Assembly: GCA_009783195.1 (NCBI GenBank)
Contig: WRHP01000003.1
Location: 4,096 to 68,095, forward strand
From: Syntrophorhabdaceae bacterium
GTDB taxonomy: Bacteria; Desulfobacterota; Deferrimicrobia; Deferrimicrobiales; Deferrimicrobiaceae
Direction of reading: 5' to 3'
DNA: 64,000 nt
Position numbers and translations under genes: made by a program
Part shown: positions 28,533 through 37,118 of the stretch, piece by piece
Layout of the letters: the number at the start of each line of letters is the position of its first letter
Position numbering within the stretch: position 1 is the stretch's first letter
The notes under the pieces: model-generated
The model's database searches: none
What the model saw: the letters and a program-made list of their open reading frames with translations, nothing else
What the model was told of the DNA's origin: nothing

Positions 28533-29630
28533 TTACTGTTTGCGTCCCGCCTGAGCGCCTTGTTGCTGCATCGCGGCAATCAGATTCCGGAGTTCGTCCG
28601 GATCACTGCTGCGCCCCACGGCGTCGTCGAGCGAGATCTCGCGCCGCTGCAGCGCGGCGACGAGGGACTGATTCATCGTCTGCATACCAAACTTGTTTTG
28701 TCCTACCTGCATCTGCGAATAGATCTGGTGGATCTTCTCCTCGCGGATCAGGTTCCTGATAGCCGGATTCGGTATCATCACTTCGACCGCCAGCGTCCGT
28801 CCTTTGCCGCTGACCCGCGGTATGAGGATTTGCGAGACAACTCCCTCCAGCACAAGAGAAAGCTGCGCGCGAATCTGTGGCTGCTGGTACGGCGGGAACA
28901 CGTCAAGAATACGGTTGATTGTCTGAACACACGAATTGGTATGCAGCGTCGCAAATACGAGATGGCCAGTCTCGGCGACCGTAAGAGCCGCTTCAATCGT
29001 TTCAAGATCGCGCATCTCGCCGATAAGGACAATGTCGGGGTCCTGGCGAAGGATATATTTAAGCGCCTTTTTGAAAGTTTGCGTGTCGGCATTGACTTCG
29101 CGCTGATTCACCAGACATTTCTTGTGCGGGTGCAGGTACTCTATCGGGTCCTCGATGGTGATGATATGTTCCGGCCGCTCGCCGTTTACCTTGTCGATCA
29201 TGGCGGCAAGAGTTGTCGATTTGCCGGAGCCGGTCGGGCCGGTAACCAGCACCAGACCGCGCGGCTTTTTGCAGAGATCTTTGAGCACCTGCGGAAGCCC
29301 CAGTTCATCGAAGGGCCTGACGCGGAACGGAATGGTTCGAAACGCTCCGGCGCACGCTCCGCGTTGCATGTAGATATTGGCCCTAAAGCGGCTTAACCCC
29401 TTTACGCCAAACGAGAGGTCGAGCTCCAGTTCTTCCTCAAACCTCTGTTTTTGCGCTTCGGTAAGGATGCTGTAGCAAAGTCGCTTGGTGTCCTGCGGCA
29501 GGAATGGATCATATGGAAGCTGCGTGAGGATGCCGTCGACACGGATTGTCGGAGAAATGCCCGTGGTAATGTGGAGGTCCGACGCCCCCCTTTCGTACAT
29601 CTGGCTGAGCAATTCCTGCATGGTGACCAT
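28533..29630 (-). CDS. pilT: Type IV pilus retraction ATPase PilT
   Basis: 365 aa. Walker A GPTGSGKSTTLAAMID and the PilT signature AIRNLIREEKIHQI. Confidence 0.92.
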   Translation of the reverse strand: MVTMQELLSQMYERGASDLHITTGISPTIRVDGILTQLPYDPFLPQDTKRLCYSILTEAQKQRFEEELELDLSFGVKGLSRFRANIYMQRGACAGAFRTIPFRVRPFDELGLPQVLKDLCKKPRGLVLVTGPTGSGKSTTLAAMIDKVNGERPEHIITIEDPIEYLHPHKKCLVNQREVNADTQTFKKALKYILRQDPDIVLIGEMRDLETIEAALTVAETGHLVFATLHTNSCVQTINRILDVFPPYQQPQIRAQLSLVLEGVVSQILIPRVSGKGRTLAVEVMIPNPAIRNLIREEKIHQIYSQMQVGQNKFGMQTMNQSLVAALQRREISLDDAVGRSSDPDELRNLIAAMQQQGAQAGRKQ

Positions 29631-29654
29631 GGATAGCTCTCCCCTGTATCTCTA

Positions 29655-31364
29655 TCAATCTGGAGCGGTTACGCGCAATACTTCTTCCAGTGTTGTAACG
29701 CCCTCCTCCAGCTTCGAAAGACCCGACTGCCGTAACGTCTTCATGCCAAGACGTATCGCCTCTCTCTTGATATCGAGGGCGGACCCGCCGCGCAGCACGA
29801 GTTCCTTGATCTCTTCCTTGATCGTCAATATCTCGTACAACGCCACACGGCCGCGGAAGCCGGTGCCGTTGCATTCGTCGCAGCCCTTTCCTTTCATCGT
29901 CTTCGCTTTCTTGATCTGCTCCGGGCTCATGCCGGCGTCGGACAAAGCTTTTTGAGACACCTGGACCTCTTCGCGACACTTCCCGCACACCCGGCGGGCA
30001 AGTCGCTGCGCGATGATAAGGTTGAGAGAAGACGATACAAGAAACGGCTCTATCCCCATGTTGAGAAGCCGGGTGACCGTGCTGGGCGCATCGTTGGTGT
30101 GAAGCGTGGACAGAACGAGATGCCCGGTAAGCGACGCCTTTATGGCAATCTCCGCCGTCTCGTAGTCGCGGATTTCGCCCACCATTATGATGTCCGGGTC
30201 CTGTCTCAAGAAAGAACGCAGCGCCGAAGAAAAGGTCAGGCCGATATCTTCCTTCATCTGCACCTGGTTGATGCCGGCAAAGTTGTACTCAACCGGATCT
30301 TCGGCCGTGGAGATGTTATCCGTCGTCTTGTTGAGGTCGCTCAAGGCCGAGTACAACGTGGTGGTCTTGCCCGAACCGGTGGGACCCGTAACCAGAACCA
30401 TCCCGTACGGACGATGGATCGCGTCCATGAAGTCGGTCAGTTGGTGAGACTCAAACCCCAGCTTTTCCATATCAAGCTGCAGGTTCGATTTGTCCAAAAG
30501 ACGCAAAACGATCTTCTCGCCATAGATGGTAGGAAGCACGGAGACGCGGAAGTCCATCTCGCTACCCTTCCCCATCTTCATTTTGATACGGCCGTCCTGA
30601 GGTAGCCGCCGCTCCGCGATATCCAGCGACGACATGATCTTCAAGCGGGACGAGAGAGCATTGCGCAATTTCAAAGGCGGGCGCATTACTTCGTAAAGAA
30701 CGCCGTCGATACGATAGCGAACCCGGAACTCTTTCTCATAAGGCTCGACATGGATATCCGAAGCGCGTCGTTTTATAGCTTCGGTAAGTAGATAGTTCGC
30801 CAGTTTGACGACCGGCGCGTCGTCCGCAACACGCTCGAGATCGGCAACCGAATCAAGCATGTCATCATGGACAACCTCGAGATCTTCGTCGAACTCGGAT
30901 ATGAGTTCCTTGAATTCCATCGAGCGATCAAAGAACTTGTTGATTACCGCGGTGATTTCGCTCTCTGAGGCAAGCACGAGTTCCACGGAATACCCGGTCT
31001 TGAACCCGATCTCGTCCATAACCGACATACTTGCCATATCGGGGATGGCTACTATCAACTTGGCGCCGACACGGTTTATCGGCAAAGCAAGGTACTTTTG
31101 CACCATCTCTTCCGGAAGCAGCCGTACTACATCCGGGTTGATGTCGTACTTTGAAAGCTCCACAACCGGAAGACCAAATTGCCTGCCAAGGAAAGAAAGA
31201 AGCGTCTCTTCTTTGATATAGCCAGCTTTCACCAAGACTGCGCCAATACGCTCTTTGGTATTTCTCTGAGTATCGAGAGCATTTCGGAGCTGCTCAGCAG
31301 TAAGCAGGTTTCCCTTAAGAAGCATCTCCCCTATTTTCGCAACAGCGGTTGACATCTCAGGCAA
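29655..31364 (-). CDS. pilB: Type IV pilus assembly ATPase PilB (GspE family)
   Basis: 569 aa. N-terminal T2SSE_N-like region, Walker A GPTGSGKTTTLYS, and a tetracysteine site CGKC...CDECNGTGFRGR. The start is either TTG 31364 (abutting the aroE stop) or ATG 31355. Confidence 0.92.
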   Translation of the reverse strand: MPEMSTAVAKIGEMLLKGNLLTAEQLRNALDTQRNTKERIGAVLVKAGYIKEETLLSFLGRQFGLPVVELSKYDINPDVVRLLPEEMVQKYLALPINRVGAKLIVAIPDMASMSVMDEIGFKTGYSVELVLASESEITAVINKFFDRSMEFKELISEFDEDLEVVHDDMLDSVADLERVADDAPVVKLANYLLTEAIKRRASDIHVEPYEKEFRVRYRIDGVLYEVMRPPLKLRNALSSRLKIMSSLDIAERRLPQDGRIKMKMGKGSEMDFRVSVLPTIYGEKIVLRLLDKSNLQLDMEKLGFESHQLTDFMDAIHRPYGMVLVTGPTGSGKTTTLYSALSDLNKTTDNISTAEDPVEYNFAGINQVQMKEDIGLTFSSALRSFLRQDPDIIMVGEIRDYETAEIAIKASLTGHLVLSTLHTNDAPSTVTRLLNMGIEPFLVSSSLNLIIAQRLARRVCGKCREEVQVSQKALSDAGMSPEQIKKAKTMKGKGCDECNGTGFRGRVALYEILTIKEEIKELVLRGGSALDIKREAIRLGMKTLRQSGLSKLEEGVTTLEEVLRVTAPD

Positions 31365-32243
31365 TCACCTCCGATTCTTAGGAAATCCCATAGAACTTAT
31401 CATGTTTTTCAAGCTTTTGTCAGCAAACGATAGAAACAGCTCTCCTCCAGGACTCTTTCCTGTCCAAAGCGCAAAACTCCTTGCAGCCTGACACGCCAGC
31501 ATCGGAAGTCCATCCATCGAGGGTATCCCGCGAGCGCGGAGTTTGCGTACAATAGATGTTCCTTTGGCGCGATAAACAAGATCGGCAAAGTAAGTGTTTT
31601 TCTTTACTGTTTTGCACGGAAAATCGCTCCACTCCTCAACCAGTCCCCGTGGGGTGCATTGAACTATCAGGTCGGCATCGCGAAACGCTTCCTCAAGCGA
31701 CCCCGCGTCGATGCCTCCGGTTGAGAAACTGGTCGATGGAACACAACGGGAAAGGGTCCGCGCGACATCATCCGCGCGCTTAAGGCTCCGGTTCAAAAGG
31801 ATAATCTTACAAGCGCCAGCTTTGCCCAAAGCGAAAGCAACCCCTCTTGCGGCGCCGCCGGCCCCGATCAGGACGACATTCGAGTGCTTCCGTCCCCACC
31901 CACGCATTGCGAGAGCATCCAAGAACCCTTCGCCATCTGTGTTTTCCGCGAAAAGCCTGCCATCCCGGACAACAAGAGTGTTTGCCGCCCCGCACGCCTC
32001 GACCACCTCCGACCTCGTATCGGAAAGCGCGGCAGCCTCTTCTTTAAAGGGGATGGTCACGTTCCCTCCGAGGAAATTCGACTCCCGGACTATGCGCAGA
32101 AACGTGCGCAAACGCCCTTTTTGCAGCTCCACAGGAATATAAACAAGAGGCAATCCGAGACGGAAAATGACTCCATTATGCATGGCGGGACTCAAAGAGT
32201 GCTTTATCGGGTGCCCAACGACAAAAAGCAGGGAAACACTCAA
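31365..32243 (-). CDS. aroE: Shikimate dehydrogenase
   Basis: SLLFVVGHPIKHSLSPAMHN and GAGGAARGVAFAL. TTG 32243 overlaps the HNH gene stop (TTGA). The track ATG 32300 lies inside the HNH gene. Confidence 0.85.
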   Translation of the reverse strand: MSVSLLFVVGHPIKHSLSPAMHNGVIFRLGLPLVYIPVELQKGRLRTFLRIVRESNFLGGNVTIPFKEEAAALSDTRSEVVEACGAANTLVVRDGRLFAENTDGEGFLDALAMRGWGRKHSNVVLIGAGGAARGVAFALGKAGACKIILLNRSLKRADDVARTLSRCVPSTSFSTGGIDAGSLEEAFRDADLIVQCTPRGLVEEWSDFPCKTVKKNTYFADLVYRAKGTSIVRKLRARGIPSMDGLPMLACQAARSFALWTGKSPGGELFLSFADKSLKNMISSMGFPKNRR

Positions 32244-32836
32244 TTTCGCAACTCCAGATTCCAATAAGTGAAATCCACGACATTGAGGAAAGGCATCCAC
32301 TCCTTATGGATCTGGCCGCGGAAAGAAAAGGCGTATTCCGGGGACCAGCGAGGAGCGGCAGGTCGGGATATAAGCCGCATCCCCGCCTGCTCCGGCGGAT
32401 TACCTCCCTTCGTTTTGTTGCATGGCAGGCAGCTGCAAACGATATTCTCCCAGGAGGTCTTGCCGCCCCTGGACCTGGGAATCACATGGTCCAGATTCAG
32501 TTCGCTGCTTGGGAAGGCGCGACCGCAATACTGGCAGGTATTGCCGTCACGGATGAAGACATTCCGGCGGCTGAACCTGATTGCGCGCCGTGGAACACGG
32601 TCGTAGGCAACGAGAACCAGCACCCTCGGAATTCTTATCGAGCGCCCGACAAGCCCAACGCGCCCATCCCCTTCGGAAGCGGACAGAACGCTCCAGGAAG
32701 GATAGTCGAACAATTCATACTGCTCGTTGATAGCCTTGGCAAGTCCGGCGTAAAGAAGGCAAAAAGCGCGGCGCACAGAGGTTATGTGAACAGGGAAGAA
32801 AGCGCGATTCAAAACAAGAACGCTGGAGTTCAGCAT
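32240..32836 (-). CDS. HNH (His-Me finger) endonuclease family protein
   Basis: 198 aa. CQYCGRAF...LNLDHVIPRSRGGKTSWENIVCSCLPCNKTKG, which is an HNH motif flanked by CxxC pairs. Confidence 0.8.
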   Translation of the reverse strand: MLNSSVLVLNRAFFPVHITSVRRAFCLLYAGLAKAINEQYELFDYPSWSVLSASEGDGRVGLVGRSIRIPRVLVLVAYDRVPRRAIRFSRRNVFIRDGNTCQYCGRAFPSSELNLDHVIPRSRGGKTSWENIVCSCLPCNKTKGGNPPEQAGMRLISRPAAPRWSPEYAFSFRGQIHKEWMPFLNVVDFTYWNLELRN

Positions 32837-32869
32837 TGTAGGAACCCGCGACGCGTAATGCTTCTCACT

Positions 32870-33559
32870 CTACCCGTCACGCCCGGAACGGTCAATCATC
32901 TTTGAAAACTCTTTCAGAAGGGTCTTTTTGCCATGTAGCGCGTTTTTTTGAACAAGTTTTTCCGCAAGGGCGGGGTCGCGCTTCCTGAAAGCCTCCAGAA
33001 TCTCTTTATGCTGCTCTACCGATCCTTCCATTTTTCCCGGAACAGCCAGGATCACGCGGTATCGCTGAAACTGCGCCGTCATCGTCCGGACGATCTGCTG
33101 CAGCCGGTCATTTCCGGCGGTATGCAGGAATATATCGCGGAATTCATTATGAAGATCCACTACTTTACGGAAATCCTTCTTTGCCAGAGCCGCATTCATC
33201 ATCTTGTTGATTGCGTCCATCCGGTCGATCTCATCCTCTGTAAGCGTCATCGTCGCCAGACGCGCGGCATACCCTTCCAGAATCGCTTTGAGGTCATAGA
33301 AGTTCGAGATGTCTTGAGCCGAAAAGGACGCGACTATCGCCCCTTTGCGCGGCTGAACAGTGATGAATCCCTCGGTCTCAAGCTGCCGAAACGCTTCCCG
33401 GATTGGCGTCCGGCTGATTCCGAACCGTTCGGCAAACTCCGTCTCGGCAATGCGGGAGCCTGGTTTGAGCTGCCCGTTGGTGATGGCGCTTCTTATCGTG
33501 GAAACGATTCGTTCCCGCAGAGTCTGGTGGCTATCTATATGTATCTTGTGTCTCCGCAA
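32870..33559 (-). CDS. GntR family (FadR/FCD subfamily) transcriptional regulator
   Basis: 229 aa. wHTH sequence ETEFAERFGISRTPIREAFRQLETEGFITVQPRKGAIV, with a helical FCD-like C-terminal half. Confidence 0.85.
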   Translation of the reverse strand: MRRHKIHIDSHQTLRERIVSTIRSAITNGQLKPGSRIAETEFAERFGISRTPIREAFRQLETEGFITVQPRKGAIVASFSAQDISNFYDLKAILEGYAARLATMTLTEDEIDRMDAINKMMNAALAKKDFRKVVDLHNEFRDIFLHTAGNDRLQQIVRTMTAQFQRYRVILAVPGKMEGSVEQHKEILEAFRKRDPALAEKLVQKNALHGKKTLLKEFSKMIDRSGRDG

Positions 33560-33681
33560 AGCGCCCTCGCAAAGATTGCGAATTCTTCAATGCATACAGT
33601 ATACAAAAAGCAAACGCCAAAAGCTTGTCTTACCACCGCTGCCGCCTTGCCTTCATTTCCCACATAAGATATTTTTTCAAA

Positions 33682-34470
33682 ATGAACTGGACGATCCATT
33701 CCACGGTCCATTATCCAATGCTGGCGCTGGACGAGACGATTCGTACGCTGCGCGAAAACAGCGTGGGACCGGAGATCTACTTCTCCGGCGCCGTCCTCGA
33801 CGAACTGAAACTTGAGGAAGCGGAGCGGGCGGCAACCGCCCTGCGGGACGCCGGGATTTCTTCGCTAACCTTCCATGCCCCATTCCACGATCTGTGGCCC
33901 GGCGCGCGCGACGAGGAAATTCGCCGCCTCGCGGTCCGGCGCTTGAAGCAGGCGATCTCCCTCGCCCCGCTCTTTCGGCCCGCCGGCATTGTGGTCCACG
34001 GGGGGTATTTCGGGTGGCTGTTCGATTTCCGTTCGGATGAGTGGTTCGAATCCGCAAAGCGGTCGTTCAGCGAACTTGCGGAAGCCGCGGAAAAGGCGGA
34101 TACGCGCCTGTTTGCGGAAAACGTCTTTGACGACGAGCCGTCCCACTTGCTACGGCTGCGTGACGCGGTCGGTTCGCCGCGCCTTGGGTTTTGTTTCGAT
34201 CCGGGACACGCGGCGCTCTTCTCGAAAATATCGCTTCACCGGTGGGCTTACGCTTTCGGAGAAAACACCATGCAGATGCATGTGCATGACAACCGGGGGC
34301 AGCGTGACGACCATCTCCCCGTAGGCGAAGGAACGCTAAACTATCGCGGGGCGCTGCTGGCGGTCTTAGACGCCGGCGCGCACCCGATCCTGACCATGGA
34401 ACCTCACCGAAAAGAACACTTCTCCCGCTCTTTGTCAGGCTTGCGGAGCATCCTGTCAACAATTCCCTGA
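33682..34470 (+). CDS. Xylose isomerase-like TIM barrel protein (sugar phosphate isomerase/epimerase family)
   Basis: FHAPF, VVHGG, LFAENV, FCFDPGHA, HVHDNRGQRDDHLPVGEG. ATG 33682 (MNWTIHS) is preferred over the track start 33625. Confidence 0.75.
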   Translation: MNWTIHSTVHYPMLALDETIRTLRENSVGPEIYFSGAVLDELKLEEAERAATALRDAGISSLTFHAPFHDLWPGARDEEIRRLAVRRLKQAISLAPLFRPAGIVVHGGYFGWLFDFRSDEWFESAKRSFSELAEAAEKADTRLFAENVFDDEPSHLLRLRDAVGSPRLGFCFDPGHAALFSKISLHRWAYAFGENTMQMHVHDNRGQRDDHLPVGEGTLNYRGALLAVLDAGAHPILTMEPHRKEHFSRSLSGLRSILSTIP

Positions 34471-34604
34471 AACGCCTCTCAAAGCCAACGGGAAAAAGAA
34501 CGTAACTCCTCACATAACCACATACGGATACGGTGGCTTAAACCCGGATGCGTCATCAGGTAATGACAAATCCGGGGTAAAACCATTGCGTTTTCATTGA
34601 CAAC

Positions 34605-37118
34605 ATGGGATGTAATATTTCCATGTTGCATATCTCACCGTCCGTCCGTAAACCCTCCAGGTACAGCGGCAGCGAAATCCGTCCCCGGCTACTACCTTGG
34701 GAAGAGGCCAAAACGCGAGTCCTGCTTGCGTTTCCAGATGCGTACGAGATCGGCATGTCGCACCTGGGAATCCTCTTGCTCCACGAAATCCTGAACGCCC
34801 GCCAGGGAACGCTTTGCGAACGGGTATTTGCCCCCTGGCCCGACTACGAAGAGCAGCTACGCGCCTCTGGAAAACCACTCCTTTCGCTTGAATCCGGACG
34901 TCCGGCCGGTTCATTTGACATGATCGGCTTCTCGCTTTGCTACGAACTCACCTATACAAATGTCCTAATGATGCTCGATTTGGCCGGAATTCCTCTCCTG
35001 TCGGAAGACAGAACGGAAGAACATCCGCTAATCATCGCCGGCGGCGTCTGCACGCTGAATCCCGCGCCGATTGCCCCTTTTTTCGACGCCCTTCTGGTGG
35101 GAGACGGAGAGGACGCGGCGCGGGAAATCGTCTCCGCTATCGAGGCACGCAAGGAACAGGGAACAACGCGCGCAAAACTGCTTAAGGAACTTGCCCGGAT
35201 TCCTGGCGTCTATGTCCCCAGCGTATCTTCGCGCGTTTTTAGGCGCATCCTTCCGGATCTGGCGCGTTCCCCGCTTATCAAATCGCCCATCCTGCCCTCT
35301 ATGCGCGTGATCCACGACCGGCTGAGTGTCGAGATCTCCAGAGGCTGCACCAGAGGGTGCCGCTTCTGTCAGGCCGGTTACGCTTACCGGCCCGTACGAG
35401 AACGGGACCCGCTCACAGTATTCGAATACCTGCGTGAGAACGCCTCGAAAACCGGACACGACGAAGTGGGGCTTTTGTCCTTGTCCGCCGCCGACTACTC
35501 CTGCATCGACAGGCTGGTAACTACCGCGATGGAGGCGATGGAGCCGGAGCGCGTCTCCCTCTCTTTGCCTTCGCTGCGGCTGGACGCCTTGCAGGAGAAC
35601 ACGGTCGAACAGTTGAAGAAAGTGCGCAAATCCGGCTTTACGCTGGCGCCGGAGGCGGGCGCCGAGCAGTTGCGGCGCGCAATGAACAAAGACATCCTTG
35701 ATGAAGACATCCTTAAAACGGCGGAATGGATCTTCGGCAACGGCTGGCATACGCTCAAGCTCTATTTCATGATTGGGCTGCCAGGCGAAACAATCGAGGA
35801 TGTCCAAACCATCGGGACGCTGGCGAAAAAGATTGCCGCCGTGGCAAAGCGGCACGGGAAGCGCTGCTCTGTTACGATCAGCGTCTCTTCTTTCATTCCC
35901 AAGCCTCATACGCCGCTGCAATGGGAACGCCAGATTTCCCGTGAAGAAGCGCAAAACCGAATCCGTATCCTGCGGGACGCGCTCAACCGGGAACGAAACG
36001 CGGAACTGAAACACAACGCGCCGGAGGTCTCGGAGTTGGAAGGCGTCTTCTCCCGTGGAGACGAACGGCTGTCCGCCGTCATTCTGTCGGCCTATCGGAG
36101 CGGAGCGCGATTTGACGCCTGGACGGAAAAACTCCGCCACGACATCTGGGCCAAGGCATTCGAAGAGAACAAAATCGTTCCGCCGGAATATCTGCGGGAG
36201 CGAGACCCGTCTCTTCCGCTTCCGTGGGACATCGTGCGCACAGGCGTTACGCGAGAGTTTCTGCTAAATGAGCGGGAAAAGGCGCGCGACGGCGAAACAA
36301 CTCCCGACTGCCGCGCCGCCGGTTGTGTTTCATGCAAGGCATGCCCTCCCGGTTTTTCCAACATTACGTATTCAGGCCGGATGGATACATTCCGCCCGGC
36401 TACCGCATCGCCTGACGCCACGGCAGCTTCGAGCGCCTCTTCGCGGCGGCACATCATGCGGATCGTTTATGCCAAGGAAGGGCCCGCGAAATACCTGAGC
36501 GGGCTTGAGATACAGTCGCTATGGGGCCGGTCTTTGCGCCGCGCCGGTCTGCCGGTCGCGTACAGCCAGGGCTTTAATCCGTCCCCGCGCCTTTCAATGT
36601 CTCCGGCGCTTCCGGTAGGCACTGACAGCGCCTGCGAATTCCTGGAGGTGGAGTTCTATCTTCATGTGGCAGCATCGACACTTTCGCAAGCCCTGACGCC
36701 CCACCTTCCAGCCGGTGTGCGCGTACTCGGCGCAAAAGAGGTGCCGCCGGGCTTTCCCAGGCTGTCCGACTTCGACATCGCGTCCACCTACTCGGTGCGA
36801 CCGGCCGAAACCCGCACGTTTCCGGAAGAAGTTACGCCGGAGCTCGCGACGGAGCGGTTTGCCGCTTTTCGCGCTACGGAGCGCTTCCCCTTGGCCCTTG
36901 TCCGCGAATCACAGGTTACCGAAGTGGACCTGCGTCCGCTTGTCGATGATTTTCGGGTGAACGATGGAGCCATCTTCATTAGAATCATACAAGGTACGGG
37001 AAAGGGAGTGCGTCCGGCGGAGGTCATCCCGGCCATGCTCGGCGTTGCCATGCCTCCCGAAATACTCGTCATACGAAAGGAATCGGCGGAGCTTACACCT
37101 CGCCGTCCAAAAAAATGA
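34605..37118 (+). CDS. Radical SAM protein fused to DUF2344-type radical-SAM-linked module (TIGR03960 + TIGR03936-like)
   Basis: 837 aa. N-terminal PSRYSGSE...AFPDAYEIGMSHLG, radical SAM cluster motif CTRGCRFCQAG, and C-terminal IMRIVYAKEGPAKYLSGLEIQSLWGRSLRRAGLPVAYSQGFNPSPRLS. Alternative start ATG 34623. Confidence 0.8.
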   Translation: MGCNISMLHISPSVRKPSRYSGSEIRPRLLPWEEAKTRVLLAFPDAYEIGMSHLGILLLHEILNARQGTLCERVFAPWPDYEEQLRASGKPLLSLESGRPAGSFDMIGFSLCYELTYTNVLMMLDLAGIPLLSEDRTEEHPLIIAGGVCTLNPAPIAPFFDALLVGDGEDAAREIVSAIEARKEQGTTRAKLLKELARIPGVYVPSVSSRVFRRILPDLARSPLIKSPILPSMRVIHDRLSVEISRGCTRGCRFCQAGYAYRPVRERDPLTVFEYLRENASKTGHDEVGLLSLSAADYSCIDRLVTTAMEAMEPERVSLSLPSLRLDALQENTVEQLKKVRKSGFTLAPEAGAEQLRRAMNKDILDEDILKTAEWIFGNGWHTLKLYFMIGLPGETIEDVQTIGTLAKKIAAVAKRHGKRCSVTISVSSFIPKPHTPLQWERQISREEAQNRIRILRDALNRERNAELKHNAPEVSELEGVFSRGDERLSAVILSAYRSGARFDAWTEKLRHDIWAKAFEENKIVPPEYLRERDPSLPLPWDIVRTGVTREFLLNEREKARDGETTPDCRAAGCVSCKACPPGFSNITYSGRMDTFRPATASPDATAASSASSRRHIMRIVYAKEGPAKYLSGLEIQSLWGRSLRRAGLPVAYSQGFNPSPRLSMSPALPVGTDSACEFLEVEFYLHVAASTLSQALTPHLPAGVRVLGAKEVPPGFPRLSDFDIASTYSVRPAETRTFPEEVTPELATERFAAFRATERFPLALVRESQVTEVDLRPLVDDFRVNDGAIFIRIIQGTGKGVRPAEVIPAMLGVAMPPEILVIRKESAELTPRRPKK

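Noticed and set aside
34544-34576. Two-segment hairpin (CCGGAT...ATCCGG with inner GTCAT/ATGAC) upstream of the radical SAM gene
   Set aside because: There is no U-tract, no resemblance to a riboswitch class I can recognise, and no evidence of conservation. It is noted only as a possible 5' UTR structure.
35028-36140. 370-aa minus-strand ORF
   Set aside because: It is antisense to the radical SAM gene, whose CxxxCxxC core lies in this interval. Its composition is Arg/Gly/Pro-rich.
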